Below, one piece after another: positions 1 through 8,727 of a stretch of 64,000 bases of DNA. A program made the position numbers and the translations under genes. This DNA comes from a virus. The stretch spans positions 32,001 to 96,000 of IMG/VR virus record IMGVR_UViG_3300024264_000011. One strand, given 5' to 3'. Below the pieces are notes generated by a model. That model was not told the origin of the DNA. It did no database searches and worked only from the letters and a program-made list of their open reading frames with translations. Each line of letters opens with the position of its first letter. Within the stretch, counting starts at the first letter, position 1.

Positions 1-181
1 CTGTTGGAGATATAGTAGTTGTTACTGATACGTGAGTTGGTTTTTCGTCGTGTGGTGCTACTGGACTTCCAGCAACTGCTACTGGACTTCCAGCAACAAT
101 CACATTGACTGCTTTAGTACCAATAATTGGAGCTCCATAAGAGTTAATGTCTCCAATTCTTGCAACTGGTCTAAATGACAT
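1..181 (-). CDS. PAAR-repeat spike-tip protein (T4 gp5.4-like), 3' end runs off the window
   Basis: Not in the ORF track. Manual translation from ATG at 181 gives MSFRPVARIGDINSYGAPIIGTKAVNVIVAGSPVAVAGSPVAPHDEKPTH..., with PAAR-type motifs PVARIGD and V-x-V-x-G-x-PVA. Confidence 0.8.
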   Translation of the reverse strand, partial: MSFRPVARIGDINSYGAPIIGTKAVNVIVAGSPVAVAGSPVAPHDEKPTHVSVTTTISPT

Positions 182-183
182 GA

Positions 184-3100
184 TTAAACCTCCCTGAGTC
201 TATCGATCCAATATTGTGAAATACTGAATCCTTTGTCATAACTAGTTATAATAGTTTCTCTTGGATTATCTGACGCTCCAAACTTCTTATCTTCATCTGG
301 AGTATTATCAGAGTTTGTTGCAAAAATTTCTACTTCACCACTACCATTACCACCATTCTTATTGGCAACAAAAACATCACCAACAGCAGGTGTACCTTTA
401 ATGTCATCCGTTAACTTTTTCCAATCAGTCGTTCCGATGTGAATAATTTTATATCTAACATCTTTACTAATTTCTTTGGCGGAAATTATTTGAACCTGAT
501 CTGAAGAAGAACTTACAGCTTCTCTAACACAATTTTGGAATTTTCTATCAGTTTTACTATCATAATAGATAATTTCTTCACCAGAATATGAGAAATAAAC
601 AGTATTATTACCAGTTTGATCGGTAACTATTTTTTTCTGATATTTTAGAATAGAAAGATATCCAGACTCCAAGAACCCTGATGTACTTTCTACTAAAATT
701 TCAGTATCAGAACTTCCAATACTTCTTCTAATCTTAGCTAAAACTGGTTTGTCCATATATGGATTACCAAAGTTGGCAAGAGTTTCACCAATTAACTCAG
801 TGAGTTCATTTAGTCTAAACCAGAACATTTTATAAAAATCTTGTTGATAACTTACATTCCTTTCCCATAGAACTCTTGGATATACAGTTGGAATTGGTGG
901 TAAGATATCATCATCACTGCTACGATCTTTATAATCAAGATCTCTTAATTGTGGTGGTAATGAATTGTTTGTAGCTTCATAATACGCACCATCACCATAC
1001 TGTTCTGCTCTCTCACCAAAGTAAATATTATTCTTTGCATCTTTTGGACCAATTCTCCATCCGGCACTATAGTTACATCCTGATGATGAAATTCCAGCAG
1101 TATAACCAGGTTGTCCTTCTGTTCCTGATGATGGAGTTCCTGCAACAAATGAAGATGCTTGTGCAGTTACAGCACCTGTAGATGAAGTAATGGTATCTAA
1201 GTAACCCTCAGAATCTAAATTCACAGTGATTATAATAGAAGATGTAGATCCTCCTGCTGTTACTGTAGTAGTTTGTGTGGTAGCTCCACCAGTCCAAGTC
1301 AAACGTGGTTTAGATCTAAACACAAGTCTTGGTTGATTAATTGTAGTCTCTGGTGATAGATCAAGAACTGGATTCACAAACTTATCATCTGTAATAACTA
1401 AGTCCTCAATAAAATACTTACATCTATCCATTGATGGGGGTAATTCTCTATAAGAATCAGAAATATTAATTCTACCAGAATTATCAGAACCTTCAACCTG
1501 AGGTGGTAGATTCTCAATTTTTGTATCTGGTGTAGAATTTTTAATATTTCCAGTTCCAGATTTAATTTTATTTAAAATTGAGTCTTCATCACCAACTAAT
1601 CTATTATAATAGTCTTCACTTAAAAATGAAGATTGTGAAATAGTATTTGTTATAATTTCTTCAAATCTATCAACTACCTTATCAAAATCATCATATTTAC
1701 CTTGTTTTTTTCGCTGTCGTTCAACTTCTTCAATAGTACGTCTAATACATGCATCTTTGACGCCTTCATCAATAGTATTACCACCTTCACCCAAATCATC
1801 AAGTTCAAGTTCAGGAATATATGATTGGAAATACTCTAACCTAACATCATTTCTACAAATAGAGTCAAAAGTTATTGCAGATTTCAATCCCTTAAGTTCT
1901 GTCTTACAAAAATCACCGACAACTCCATACATTCTGATTATGTTAGAATCTTTTTTGTAATCTCTGTAAAATTTTCTTAGAAGATATCTTGGAATAGGAG
2001 AATTCGTAAGTCCAAAATATAGAGAAGCAATCTGATATATGATTGGTATCTCAATACTTGGTTTTCTCAACACATATACATCTTCAAAATCATAACCAGA
2101 AATTATTTGATTGTCTCTCCATATAGTAGTTGCAAGTACATATTCTCCAAGTTCATCAACATCAGTTTCTTCTTGACACTGAGCATCTGCAGCATAGAAG
2201 ATTGGACTATACTGAAGTTTTTTCTTACCACTTGAATAATATGTACCAACAACAGCAGATCTATTAATGACACCTTTACCCGCTCTAACAGTAATTTGTA
2301 TACCATCACCACTTGTATAATCGCCATCTGCAGTAAAATCACTACCAGATCCATTAATCTCTGCATAACAAAGAGTATGTTTGCTAATTCTATTCACAGA
2401 GTTATCTGCAAATCTTACTGATTTTGGACGATCACCTACGAGAGGTTTAGTAATAAAAATTCTATTTCCTGCAGTATCAACGGCAGTTATTTTAGTACCT
2501 TCAGAAATACTGTCATCATCAACTGGACCAAAAACCTGCATATCTTCTGCTAGATCAGCAACAGTGTCTAACTTTAACCAACCTTGAGTTCTTGAATATC
2601 CATCATCACTACCACCATATACATCTTTAAATGTATCCTTACTGACACCAGGTTGACTTAGATTCTTTGGTGAAGATGATGCAACTGTTCTCTTGAGAGC
2701 AATATCAACAACATAGTTAACAATATTGGTGATGGTATGACCATTGATAGTATCACCAATCTTCATTGGTCTACTTGTAGAACCAGACTTACTATTTGAT
2801 TTTTCCCCTAAAGATATTTTCCAACTACGCATGTACGTGTTAACATTATTATCCGCCTTAAACCAAACTTTAAACTTACTGGTTGATAATAATTGTATTC
2901 TAGACACAACTACATTACCACTATCTCGTAATCCAGATGCACTTAAACCAGATAAAAAAGAGATATTGATATCTGCAGGAGTACGAATATTAAATCCACT
3001 TACAGTAACTTCATAATGTTTTCTTGCATTGGAATTATCCCCACCACCGAGATCAGCAGGTGAAATTTCTTGAATTGTAAAACTGGTAGAAGAACTAGTT

Positions 3101-4428
3101 AAACTATTAGTTACATTTGCTGGGTCATTAAAAACATGATTAACAGTAGTTTCTACTGGATTAGTACCTTGCAAATTTTCTGGTTGATAATTAAAGAAAA
3201 TTTTATTATCATCAGTGCCACCATGATAAATTATTGGATCACCAATCTTACTTGTCAAATAAGACGACTTATTACTTTGCGTAGATGTTGCACTATAATT
3301 AGTAGTACCTTTAACAACTAAATTACCTTTATCATCAAACTTTGCAGTTACGCTAGAACCATTGGTATTAGTAACATTTAAATCAACTTGTGCGTTTGTA
3401 TCTGATCCGCCGCCATCATATAATATAATTCGAGTTCCATTATTTGTTACATCAAATCCACCAGCATTTCGAGTCAAATTCAACAAATAATCACCATCAG
3501 ATAATGTTACTGATGAACTAGTACTACCTTTTTCTCCACTCTGTGTAAAACTTACACCACTTCCATTCCATCCAATCGTACCAACAGCAACACCTGCAGT
3601 ATCTGGATCATCATCCCACTCAAATGAAATATTGATAGATGCTGAAATATCAGAAGGAACAGCAGAACCTGCTCCTTCATCACCATTAATTCTTCCTGTA
3701 GTCGGACTAAAACTTAGTTTTCTGTAATTATAATTCTCATCAATCCATAAAATTTCACTCTCAACTTTATCAAGTTCCGTAGTGCCAGTAAAGGTGACAC
3801 ATGGAGTAGCTACTGTATAAGTAGTTGATTGACCAGCGCCTTCTCCACACTCACAAACTGCTTGTTCTTCAAAAAATCCACAGACTTTCCGTGTTACTAC
3901 AGTATGATCTGTCGGCCAATTGAAGACATGTTGAAAATATTCCTCATCATATGTAATAAAAGGTCTACATTGAATCTCCCATCGCGGAACTTGATTCTTT
4001 AATTTCTCTACTTCATCAACATCTTGTTCATAATAATACTGACCAGATGTAATTGAATTGATATATGATTTATCTTCATCATCAACATAGTCATCGACTT
4101 CATTGATGTAATTATATCGGAAATATAATGGTTCTCTTTCCGCAAAAGTAATTGCTTTTATATCGTTACCGTAACTGTCTGTACCAGAAAAAGAGCTATT
4201 TTGGTTGCCAACTTCATTATGGTTGTAACGAATCAACCCACTAATGGTTTTTTCAGTGCCAGGAGTTGATGTACCCGCTACTGCTGGTGTATAACCTGAT
4301 TGACCTGGTGTACCAGATGCAGGTGTACCACAAGAAAAGTTTGGTGGGGGCGTATACGATATCGTACGCTCCCTATACTTACGTGTAGGTTTACAATTAT
4401 GAATCCTTGCTTTATCTTTCTTCGCCAT
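184..4428 (-). CDS. Large virion structural protein (1414 aa)
   Basis: Long S/T/G/N/D-rich ORF directly upstream of the PAAR gene. The C-terminal segment IGSSDTEILVESTSGFLESGYL...EEIIYYDSKT...FQNCVR resembles a beta-module that recurs in cyanophage virion proteins and in gp5 of this window. Confidence 0.7.
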   Translation of the reverse strand: MAKKDKARIHNCKPTRKYRERTISYTPPPNFSCGTPASGTPGQSGYTPAVAGTSTPGTEKTISGLIRYNHNEVGNQNSSFSGTDSYGNDIKAITFAEREPLYFRYNYINEVDDYVDDEDKSYINSITSGQYYYEQDVDEVEKLKNQVPRWEIQCRPFITYDEEYFQHVFNWPTDHTVVTRKVCGFFEEQAVCECGEGAGQSTTYTVATPCVTFTGTTELDKVESEILWIDENYNYRKLSFSPTTGRINGDEGAGSAVPSDISASINISFEWDDDPDTAGVAVGTIGWNGSGVSFTQSGEKGSTSSSVTLSDGDYLLNLTRNAGGFDVTNNGTRIILYDGGGSDTNAQVDLNVTNTNGSSVTAKFDDKGNLVVKGTTNYSATSTQSNKSSYLTSKIGDPIIYHGGTDDNKIFFNYQPENLQGTNPVETTVNHVFNDPANVTNSLTSSSTSFTIQEISPADLGGGDNSNARKHYEVTVSGFNIRTPADINISFLSGLSASGLRDSGNVVVSRIQLLSTSKFKVWFKADNNVNTYMRSWKISLGEKSNSKSGSTSRPMKIGDTINGHTITNIVNYVVDIALKRTVASSSPKNLSQPGVSKDTFKDVYGGSDDGYSRTQGWLKLDTVADLAEDMQVFGPVDDDSISEGTKITAVDTAGNRIFITKPLVGDRPKSVRFADNSVNRISKHTLCYAEINGSGSDFTADGDYTSGDGIQITVRAGKGVINRSAVVGTYYSSGKKKLQYSPIFYAADAQCQEETDVDELGEYVLATTIWRDNQIISGYDFEDVYVLRKPSIEIPIIYQIASLYFGLTNSPIPRYLLRKFYRDYKKDSNIIRMYGVVGDFCKTELKGLKSAITFDSICRNDVRLEYFQSYIPELELDDLGEGGNTIDEGVKDACIRRTIEEVERQRKKQGKYDDFDKVVDRFEEIITNTISQSSFLSEDYYNRLVGDEDSILNKIKSGTGNIKNSTPDTKIENLPPQVEGSDNSGRINISDSYRELPPSMDRCKYFIEDLVITDDKFVNPVLDLSPETTINQPRLVFRSKPRLTWTGGATTQTTTVTAGGSTSSIIITVNLDSEGYLDTITSSTGAVTAQASSFVAGTPSSGTEGQPGYTAGISSSGCNYSAGWRIGPKDAKNNIYFGERAEQYGDGAYYEATNNSLPPQLRDLDYKDRSSDDDILPPIPTVYPRVLWERNVSYQQDFYKMFWFRLNELTELIGETLANFGNPYMDKPVLAKIRRSIGSSDTEILVESTSGFLESGYLSILKYQKKIVTDQTGNNTVYFSYSGEEIIYYDSKTDRKFQNCVREAVSSSSDQVQIISAKEISKDVRYKIIHIGTTDWKKLTDDIKGTPAVGDVFVANKNGGNGSGEVEIFATNSDNTPDEDKKFGASDNPRETIITSYDKGFSISQYWIDRLREV

Positions 4429-4450
4429 ATTTCAGAGAAATTCGCGCTGT

Positions 4451-4654
4451 TTACTCACCTATCTTATGTAGGCGGAGGCCTGGAAGGCCATTGTAGTCAT
4501 GATATTCCCACTCTAAAACATCCCCTTCTTCCCACTGCAGTTCATCGACAAGTGACGGGGGGATTGTTATAAAATATTCATCCTTGTCTGAATCATACTG
4601 AACTTCAGTACTAAATTCATTGATATTCATTTGATTGGTATTACAAGTCTTCAT
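4451..4654 (-). CDS. AbrB/MazE/SpoVT-family small DNA-binding protein
   Basis: Motif FITIPPSLVDELQWEEGDVLEW matches the AbrB swapped-hairpin signature. Confidence 0.7.
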   Translation of the reverse strand: MKTCNTNQMNINEFSTEVQYDSDKDEYFITIPPSLVDELQWEEGDVLEWEYHDYNGLPGLRLHKIGE

Positions 4655-4660
4655 TATATA

Positions 4661-4828
4661 TCAGTTTTCATACGTAGGATCGTTATATTTTAGATATTCT
4701 CTGAATATATGTTTCATCTCCCTCTGAGTCATTCCACAGTGTTCTGCAGCTAATGGTAGATTCATTGTTGCACAAAATAATCCTTCATTCGCTTCTTTCA
4801 CATTCTCGGGAGTCGTCTTTTTCGTCAT
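4661..4828 (-). CDS. Small cyanophage hypothetical protein (55 aa), possibly helix-turn-helix-like
   Basis: Manual translation MTKKTTPENVKEANEGLFCATMNLPLAAEHCGMTQREMKHIFREYLKYNDPTYEN; below the ORF-track cutoff. Confidence 0.6.
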   Translation of the reverse strand: MTKKTTPENVKEANEGLFCATMNLPLAAEHCGMTQREMKHIFREYLKYNDPTYEN

Positions 4829-4967
4829 ATGCATAAGTGTAAAGTTCGTTTAAAATTTCTCGGAGTTCTTCATATTCTTTCATATAATCACCACGAAGTC
4901 TGCCAAAACTTTCCTTCTGATGTTTACGTACAATTGAAAATACTTCCTGCCATTGTCTCTGTGTCAT
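4785..4967 (-). CDS. Hypothetical protein (60 aa)
   Basis: ORF track; start overlaps the upstream stop (TAATG). Confidence 0.55.
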   Translation of the reverse strand: MTQRQWQEVFSIVRKHQKESFGRLRGDYMKEYEELREILNELYTYAYDEKDDSRECERSE

Positions 4968-5122
4968 TACGTTAGTCTCACTCTGTAAAATTTGAGTTTT
5001 TGTACAAGTTCTTCATGATCTCCTCCAACTCTGATTCCTTCCCTAATCTGTGATTGGTGATACGATGGTAGTTTTTCGAGTGCTAGTAAAAGATGGTCTA
5101 CTTCCTGAAGTGAAAATTTCAT
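4967..5122 (-). CDS. Hypothetical protein (51 aa)
   Basis: Manual translation MKFSLQEVDHLLLALEKLPSYHQSQIREGIRVGGDHEELVQKLKFYRVRLT; ATGA and TAATG overlaps with its two neighbours. Confidence 0.6.
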   Translation of the reverse strand: MKFSLQEVDHLLLALEKLPSYHQSQIREGIRVGGDHEELVQKLKFYRVRLT

Positions 5123-5328
5123 TTGATACTATCGATGTTTTTGTAAAAAATTCTTGTCAGATTGTCGAGTGAATTGGACATTTGTCTATATCCAGTCCCG
5201 ACATAAATCTGACCGACCAGTACAGTTAAAGTCGCGGCTCCCCAGAACCAGTAATACCATCTCGTCTTTATTTGATGTCCTCTGATGTCATCTGGACTAT
5301 CTGTGTATATGTCAATGGAGTTTTTCAT
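5119..5328 (-). CDS. Small single-pass membrane protein
   Basis: Hydrophobic stretch WYYWFWGAATLTVLVGQIYVG. Confidence 0.6.
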   Translation of the reverse strand: MKNSIDIYTDSPDDIRGHQIKTRWYYWFWGAATLTVLVGQIYVGTGYRQMSNSLDNLTRIFYKNIDSIK

Positions 5329-5483
5329 GGCAAAAGGTCTCTGAAGAGTTTTTTGGCTTGAGAATTTTTTTATATATGAGATATTGAGAGGTCGGATTTG
5401 GTCCGTTATAGATTAGGGTAGTGACCCGTTTTCGCTCACGGACGGGGGACCAGAGGCCAGGCCCTCCCGTTTCCTCTCTTGAC

Positions 5484-5723
5484 TCAGCCGGATGTCTTGA
5501 AGTAAGATGAGGCGTTGCCGGCGACGACTGAACGGGTCGCTGTCACAGCAGAGGGCGATGTCTGTCCTCGGCGGTTGGTGTTGGAGCGACTGCCCTTTGT
5601 CATGCTCATGGGTGTCTCTCCCTTACGTGGTCCACGTTGCTTGAGCACTGTGACCTTGACTGTCTTGCCGTTTGCCTGTAGGGCAGTGGCGATGTCGAGC
5701 AGGTTTTGAGTGGAGCTTGTCAT
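5484..5723 (-). CDS. Early hypothetical protein, basic
   Basis: ORF track; K/R/S/T-rich; preceded by a sigma70 promoter at 5746-5774. Confidence 0.65.
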   Translation of the reverse strand: MTSSTQNLLDIATALQANGKTVKVTVLKQRGPRKGETPMSMTKGSRSNTNRRGQTSPSAVTATRSVVAGNASSYFKTSG

Positions 5724-5745
5724 GTGTTTGGTTTCGTATGTGGCT

Positions 5746-5774
5746 ATTGTACAGGGTCAGGAGTCAGGCGTCAA
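5746..5774 (-). promoter_or_regulatory. Sigma70-type early promoter
   Basis: Minus strand TTGACG-N17-TACAAT. The -10/leader 21-mer (plus strand gtttcgtatgtggctattgta) is identical to the one at 6001-6021. Confidence 0.8.
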
Positions 5775-5991
5775 CCCCAAAGAGCAGGTCAGCGATCTGC
5801 TCTACCTGATCCACACCAGCACGGCACCACTTGTAAGCAGCACCGTTGTGTGGCACACACCAGACGACACAGGGTTCGCCGAATGCATCAGCAAGGCGGT
5901 AAGCGTGGTTGATGTCGGTTGCCCACTCACAACCCCACTCATCAAAGGTGCCGTAGGAAGCAGGTTGAACGGCGAAGTTTGAAGTGAGCAT
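5764..5991 (-). CDS. Early hypothetical protein (75 aa)
   Basis: ORF track; SD-like AAGGA and a promoter cassette upstream. Confidence 0.65.
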   Translation of the reverse strand: MLTSNFAVQPASYGTFDEWGCEWATDINHAYRLADAFGEPCVVWCVPHNGAAYKWCRAGVDQVEQIADLLFGVDA

Positions 5992-6015
5992 GTGTCCTTT
6001 GTTTCGTATGTGGCT

Positions 6016-6060
6016 ATTGTAGTCTCTAGCCCCCTCCTCTGAGAGGGCCGTTGTGCCAGT
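6016..6060 (-). promoter_or_regulatory. Early promoter with upstream motif half-site
   Basis: -10 TACAAT (6016-6021) with ACTGGCACA 30 bp upstream. Confidence 0.6.
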
Positions 6061-6222
6061 TCAGAAATCGATCTCGTCTGAGCGTCCATAAGCAGCAAGT
6101 CCTGTAGTCTGGTCTGGCATAGCACCTAGTTGCTGCAGCATGCTGAGATCCTCCAAACGTGTCAGCAGTTCGCTGGTGTCGGTGGCGTCACGAAGCAGGG
6201 CGATGAGTTGTTCTTTGTTCAT
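6061..6222 (-). CDS. Hypothetical protein (53 aa)
   Basis: Manual translation MNKEQLIALLRDATDTSELLTRLEDLSMLQQLGAMPDQTTGLAAYGRSDEIDF. Confidence 0.6.
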   Translation of the reverse strand: MNKEQLIALLRDATDTSELLTRLEDLSMLQQLGAMPDQTTGLAAYGRSDEIDF

Positions 6223-6257
6223 GGTGTTGTGTGAGTGAGTGAGTGGATGAGTAAGGG

Positions 6258-6395
6258 TTAGAAATTATCGTCATAATCGTTCTCTCTGATGTCATCTTCA
6301 GAGAGTTTGGGAGCATCATCGTCCCATCGTGGTTCCTCTTGTAGGAACACATCGGCGCAGTCTAAGTATGCGATCTCGTTGATTTCGTCGTTCAT
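6258..6395 (-). CDS. Very acidic small protein (45 aa)
   Basis: Manual translation MNDEINEIAYLDCADVFLQEEPRWDDDAPKLSEDDIRENDYDDNF. Confidence 0.5.
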   Translation of the reverse strand: MNDEINEIAYLDCADVFLQEEPRWDDDAPKLSEDDIRENDYDDNF

Positions 6396-6437
6396 GTGAT
6401 TTAAAAGGATGATGTGATTAAGTGGGGGGATTGACCC

Positions 6438-6764
6438 CTATGCGAGACGCATACCGGAACGAAACTCAGTGGTGAAAAACTCTGTACCGTTCCACAATCT
6501 GATGAACCACTCAAAGTTTTTCTGGAATACACCCTCTCCAGTGACACCGTGTTCTGAAAGAATTGCATTCAAACGTGACTTAGTGGTGTTTGACTGATAA
6601 CCCCCATCATACAGTTTGATCGAATCGTCTGTGATTTCTGCGATCAGATTGTTGTGAAGATAGACAGAGGAGACACCCTCGACGGTCTCAACGCGAGTGT
6701 TTGCAGTTCTCCAGTCTGTACCCTCTGAGATTGCATTGTTCATGAGGGTTTCGATTTTACGCAT
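6438..6764 (-). CDS. Early protein, paralog A of the MRKIET family (108 aa)
   Basis: Aligns end to end with 7377..7703 (shared DGGYQSNTTKSRLNAI and GVFQKxFxWFIR). Confidence 0.8.
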   Translation of the reverse strand: MRKIETLMNNAISEGTDWRTANTRVETVEGVSSVYLHNNLIAEITDDSIKLYDGGYQSNTTKSRLNAILSEHGVTGEGVFQKNFEWFIRLWNGTEFFTTEFRSGMRLA

Positions 6765-6823
6765 GATGAAAGAAGAGAGAAGGTCTGAGAGGTGTGGTGA
6801 GGTGTGATCCCCTCCACTCCTTT

Positions 6824-6882
6824 AATATACACGATTTTAGGGGTCTGTGGGGGTTTAGTGGACACTTTGGTGAACTGTCCAC
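6824..6882 (-). promoter_or_regulatory. Early promoter with palindromic upstream element
   Basis: Minus strand GTGGACAGT-N7-AGTGTCCAC, 28-bp gap, then TATATT preceded by TG; no -35 box. Confidence 0.75.
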
Positions 6883-6920
6883 CTCAGGATCGATTTCGCT
6901 ACATTTTGTGCAATACTGAT

Positions 6921-7052
6921 TTACCTTGATTTTTGAATCGTTGAATCATAGTAATTCATCATCTTACTATCACGTTCCGCAAGGAATAACAGATAGCAAG
7001 TCATACCCATGATAACACAGATTCCACTCAGTAAGTATTGCGTAACTCTCAT
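6921..7052 (-). CDS. Small membrane peptide (43 aa)
   Basis: Manual translation MRVTQYLLSGICVIMGMTCYLLFLAERDSKMMNYYDSTIQKSR; ATGA overlap with the upstream gene. Confidence 0.5.
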   Translation of the reverse strand: MRVTQYLLSGICVIMGMTCYLLFLAERDSKMMNYYDSTIQKSR

Positions 7053-7339
7053 TGTACCTCTACTAATTCTTGTTGATATGACATGAATTGCTCCTCTGTA
7101 ACCTCATCCACACACTCTTGAATCACCTGATAGATGTAATCAATGTTTCCAACATCATCAAAGATACGTCTAATCAATGCAGTATTTTCTACCTGATGAT
7201 CATAATCAACCTCACCATTTTCATCCTTTACATGTATATCATTCTTGGTATAAATCCATGCGGCACATTCTGCATCCTCCCCCTGTTGTGCAATCATTTC
7301 ATTCACACGGTCTTGGAGTTGTTTGAGAGTGTAGTTCAT
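7049..7339 (-). CDS. Early hypothetical protein (96 aa, acidic)
   Basis: ORF track. Confidence 0.7.
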   Translation of the reverse strand: MNYTLKQLQDRVNEMIAQQGEDAECAAWIYTKNDIHVKDENGEVDYDHQVENTALIRRIFDDVGNIDYIYQVIQECVDEVTEEQFMSYQQELVEVQ

Positions 7340-7376
7340 GAGTTTGTGTTAGATAGTGTGAATGGGTGAGTGTAAC

Positions 7377-7703
7377 TTAAGCAAACTCAGCGAATGTGTA
7401 ACCATCAACGAAATCATGGATGACTTTGTTGTCACGAATGAACCACTGAAAATCCTTCTGAAAGACACCATCAGTGAACGCACAACAGAACTCGTTGATG
7501 ATAGCGTTGAGACGTGATTTAGTTGTGTTTGATTGATACCCACCATCAAAGATGGTAACAAAGTCATCACCAACCTTTGCAATCAAGTTACCATGCAAAC
7601 GCACCTCAGACACACCGTCTTCAGTGGTAACACTAGTGTTTGCGTTAGTCCAGTTCTTGTTTGACTTGATCGCGTTGTTCATCTGGGTTTCGATCTTACG
7701 CAT
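7377..7703 (-). CDS. Early protein, paralog B of the MRKIET family (108 aa)
   Basis: Paralog of 6438..6764; SD GGAG and its own promoter. Confidence 0.8.
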   Translation of the reverse strand: MRKIETQMNNAIKSNKNWTNANTSVTTEDGVSEVRLHGNLIAKVGDDFVTIFDGGYQSNTTKSRLNAIINEFCCAFTDGVFQKDFQWFIRDNKVIHDFVDGYTFAEFA

Positions 7704-7731
7704 GGTTTGACTCCGTTTGGTTGATGTAGCT

Positions 7732-7789
7732 ACAATACACGATTTTGAGGTCAGTGACGAAACCGTGTGACACTAGTCTGACTGTCACA
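7732..7789 (-). promoter_or_regulatory. Early promoter with palindromic upstream element
   Basis: Minus strand TGTGACAGT-N6-AGTGTCACA, 28-bp gap, -10 TATTGT. Confidence 0.75.
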
Positions 7790-7973
7790 GACCGTTCAGA
7801 TAGTCTGCAAGTTCCTGATCATACTGTTCTTTCGTGTCAAAGGTGCGACCATAGATGACACAGGGGAACGTCTTGTCGAGACCTGCAGACGCGACCATCT
7901 CGCAGTCTTGTCGATCGTATCCCATCTCGACAAGGGTGTTCACGTAGGGGTTGTTTGAAAGGGTTTTGTTCAT
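7785..7973 (-). CDS. Early hypothetical protein (62 aa), probably leaderless
   Basis: ORF track; only 6 nt separate the -10 box from the ATG. Confidence 0.7.
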   Translation of the reverse strand: MNKTLSNNPYVNTLVEMGYDRQDCEMVASAGLDKTFPCVIYGRTFDTKEQYDQELADYLNGL

Positions 7974-7979
7974 GTAGCT

Positions 7980-8037
7980 ACAATACAGGATCAGGGGACG
8001 AAATCAATTGATCGTGGACGGTTCACCGATTGTCCAT
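7980..8037 (-). promoter_or_regulatory. Early promoter with palindromic upstream element
   Basis: Minus strand ATGGACAAT-N6-ACCGTCCAC, 28-bp gap, -10 TATTGT. Confidence 0.7.
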
Positions 8038-8241
8038 TCGTTTTACTCCGTGATTAACAAACTTCCATCCATCTTCGATCGCATCGATGCGAGACACATA
8101 ACTTTCGTACCGATTCATCATTTTAAAATGGTGTCTGGGTTCTTGGTTCCTGTTGACGGTAGTTTTATCGAAAATCCAGACGTTGTACCCATACTTTCCT
8201 TTTCTGACTAGAACAGGTGAAACAGAACCTTTTTTAATCAT
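8023..8241 (-). CDS. Hypothetical protein (72 aa)
   Basis: ORF track. Confidence 0.6.
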   Translation of the reverse strand: MIKKGSVSPVLVRKGKYGYNVWIFDKTTVNRNQEPRHHFKMMNRYESYVSRIDAIEDGWKFVNHGVKRMDNR

Positions 8242-8244
8242 GAG

Positions 8245-8607
8245 AACAATTCAGTGATTTTTGATTGGACTGACTGATGACTCATAGTATAACTGGAGGA
8301 GTAGAACAGATTAAATCCCAATCATATTCACCTCTACGATATAACATTGACTCACTACGTATACCATACTTACTGTCTTGTTCTTTATACACATTCTCTA
8401 GAGATGGGAGGACTTGATTATACATCCAGTCCTTAGCATTATCATTTTGACCTTTCTGAAGATAACCGATTGTTGTCAATAAATCACTAATAGTTTGACG
8501 AAGATGTTCCTCATGAGTCTCAGGACCGACACCCATTTTGATCATGTAGTCTGACATAGTTTGAAATTCAGTTAAACAGTTCAGTGATTTTTGATTGGAC
8601 TGACTGA
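8245..8607. repeat. 33-bp direct repeat flanking one gene
   Basis: aaca(a/g)ttcagtgatttttgattggactgactga at 8245-8277 and 8575-8607, one mismatch. Confidence 0.9.
8282..8557 (-). CDS. Hypothetical protein (91 aa; start re-called at MSDYMIKMG)
   Basis: The ORF-track call 8282..8677 overlaps the upstream gene; the ATG at 8557 fits better. Confidence 0.6.
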   Translation of the reverse strand: MSDYMIKMGVGPETHEEHLRQTISDLLTTIGYLQKGQNDNAKDWMYNQVLPSLENVYKEQDSKYGIRSESMLYRRGEYDWDLICSTPPVIL

Positions 8608-8717
8608 GACAATTCGGTCTCAGTCTCTCCATGATCTTGATAGTCTGCAAGTGCATCGTAGATCGCATTCCACTCATCTTCAGTGAAAAACTCTTTGATG
8701 ATGTTGTACATTGACAT
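8568..8717 (-). CDS. Hypothetical protein (49 aa; start re-called)
   Basis: MSMYNIIKEFFTEDEWNAIYDALADYQDHGETETELSQSVQSKITELFN. Confidence 0.6.
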   Translation of the reverse strand: MSMYNIIKEFFTEDEWNAIYDALADYQDHGETETELSQSVQSKITELFN

Positions 8718-8727
8718 TGTGTTTGAT

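Noticed and set aside
4451-4654. MazE/VapB antitoxin of a toxin-antitoxin pair
   Set aside because: No recognisable toxin is adjacent; the downstream gene is a virion protein.
6858-7789. CRP, NtcA or Pho boxes as the identity of the promoter palindrome
   Set aside because: Half-site sequence and spacing do not match TGTGA-N6-TCACA, GTA-N8-TAC or the tandem direct repeats of a Pho box.
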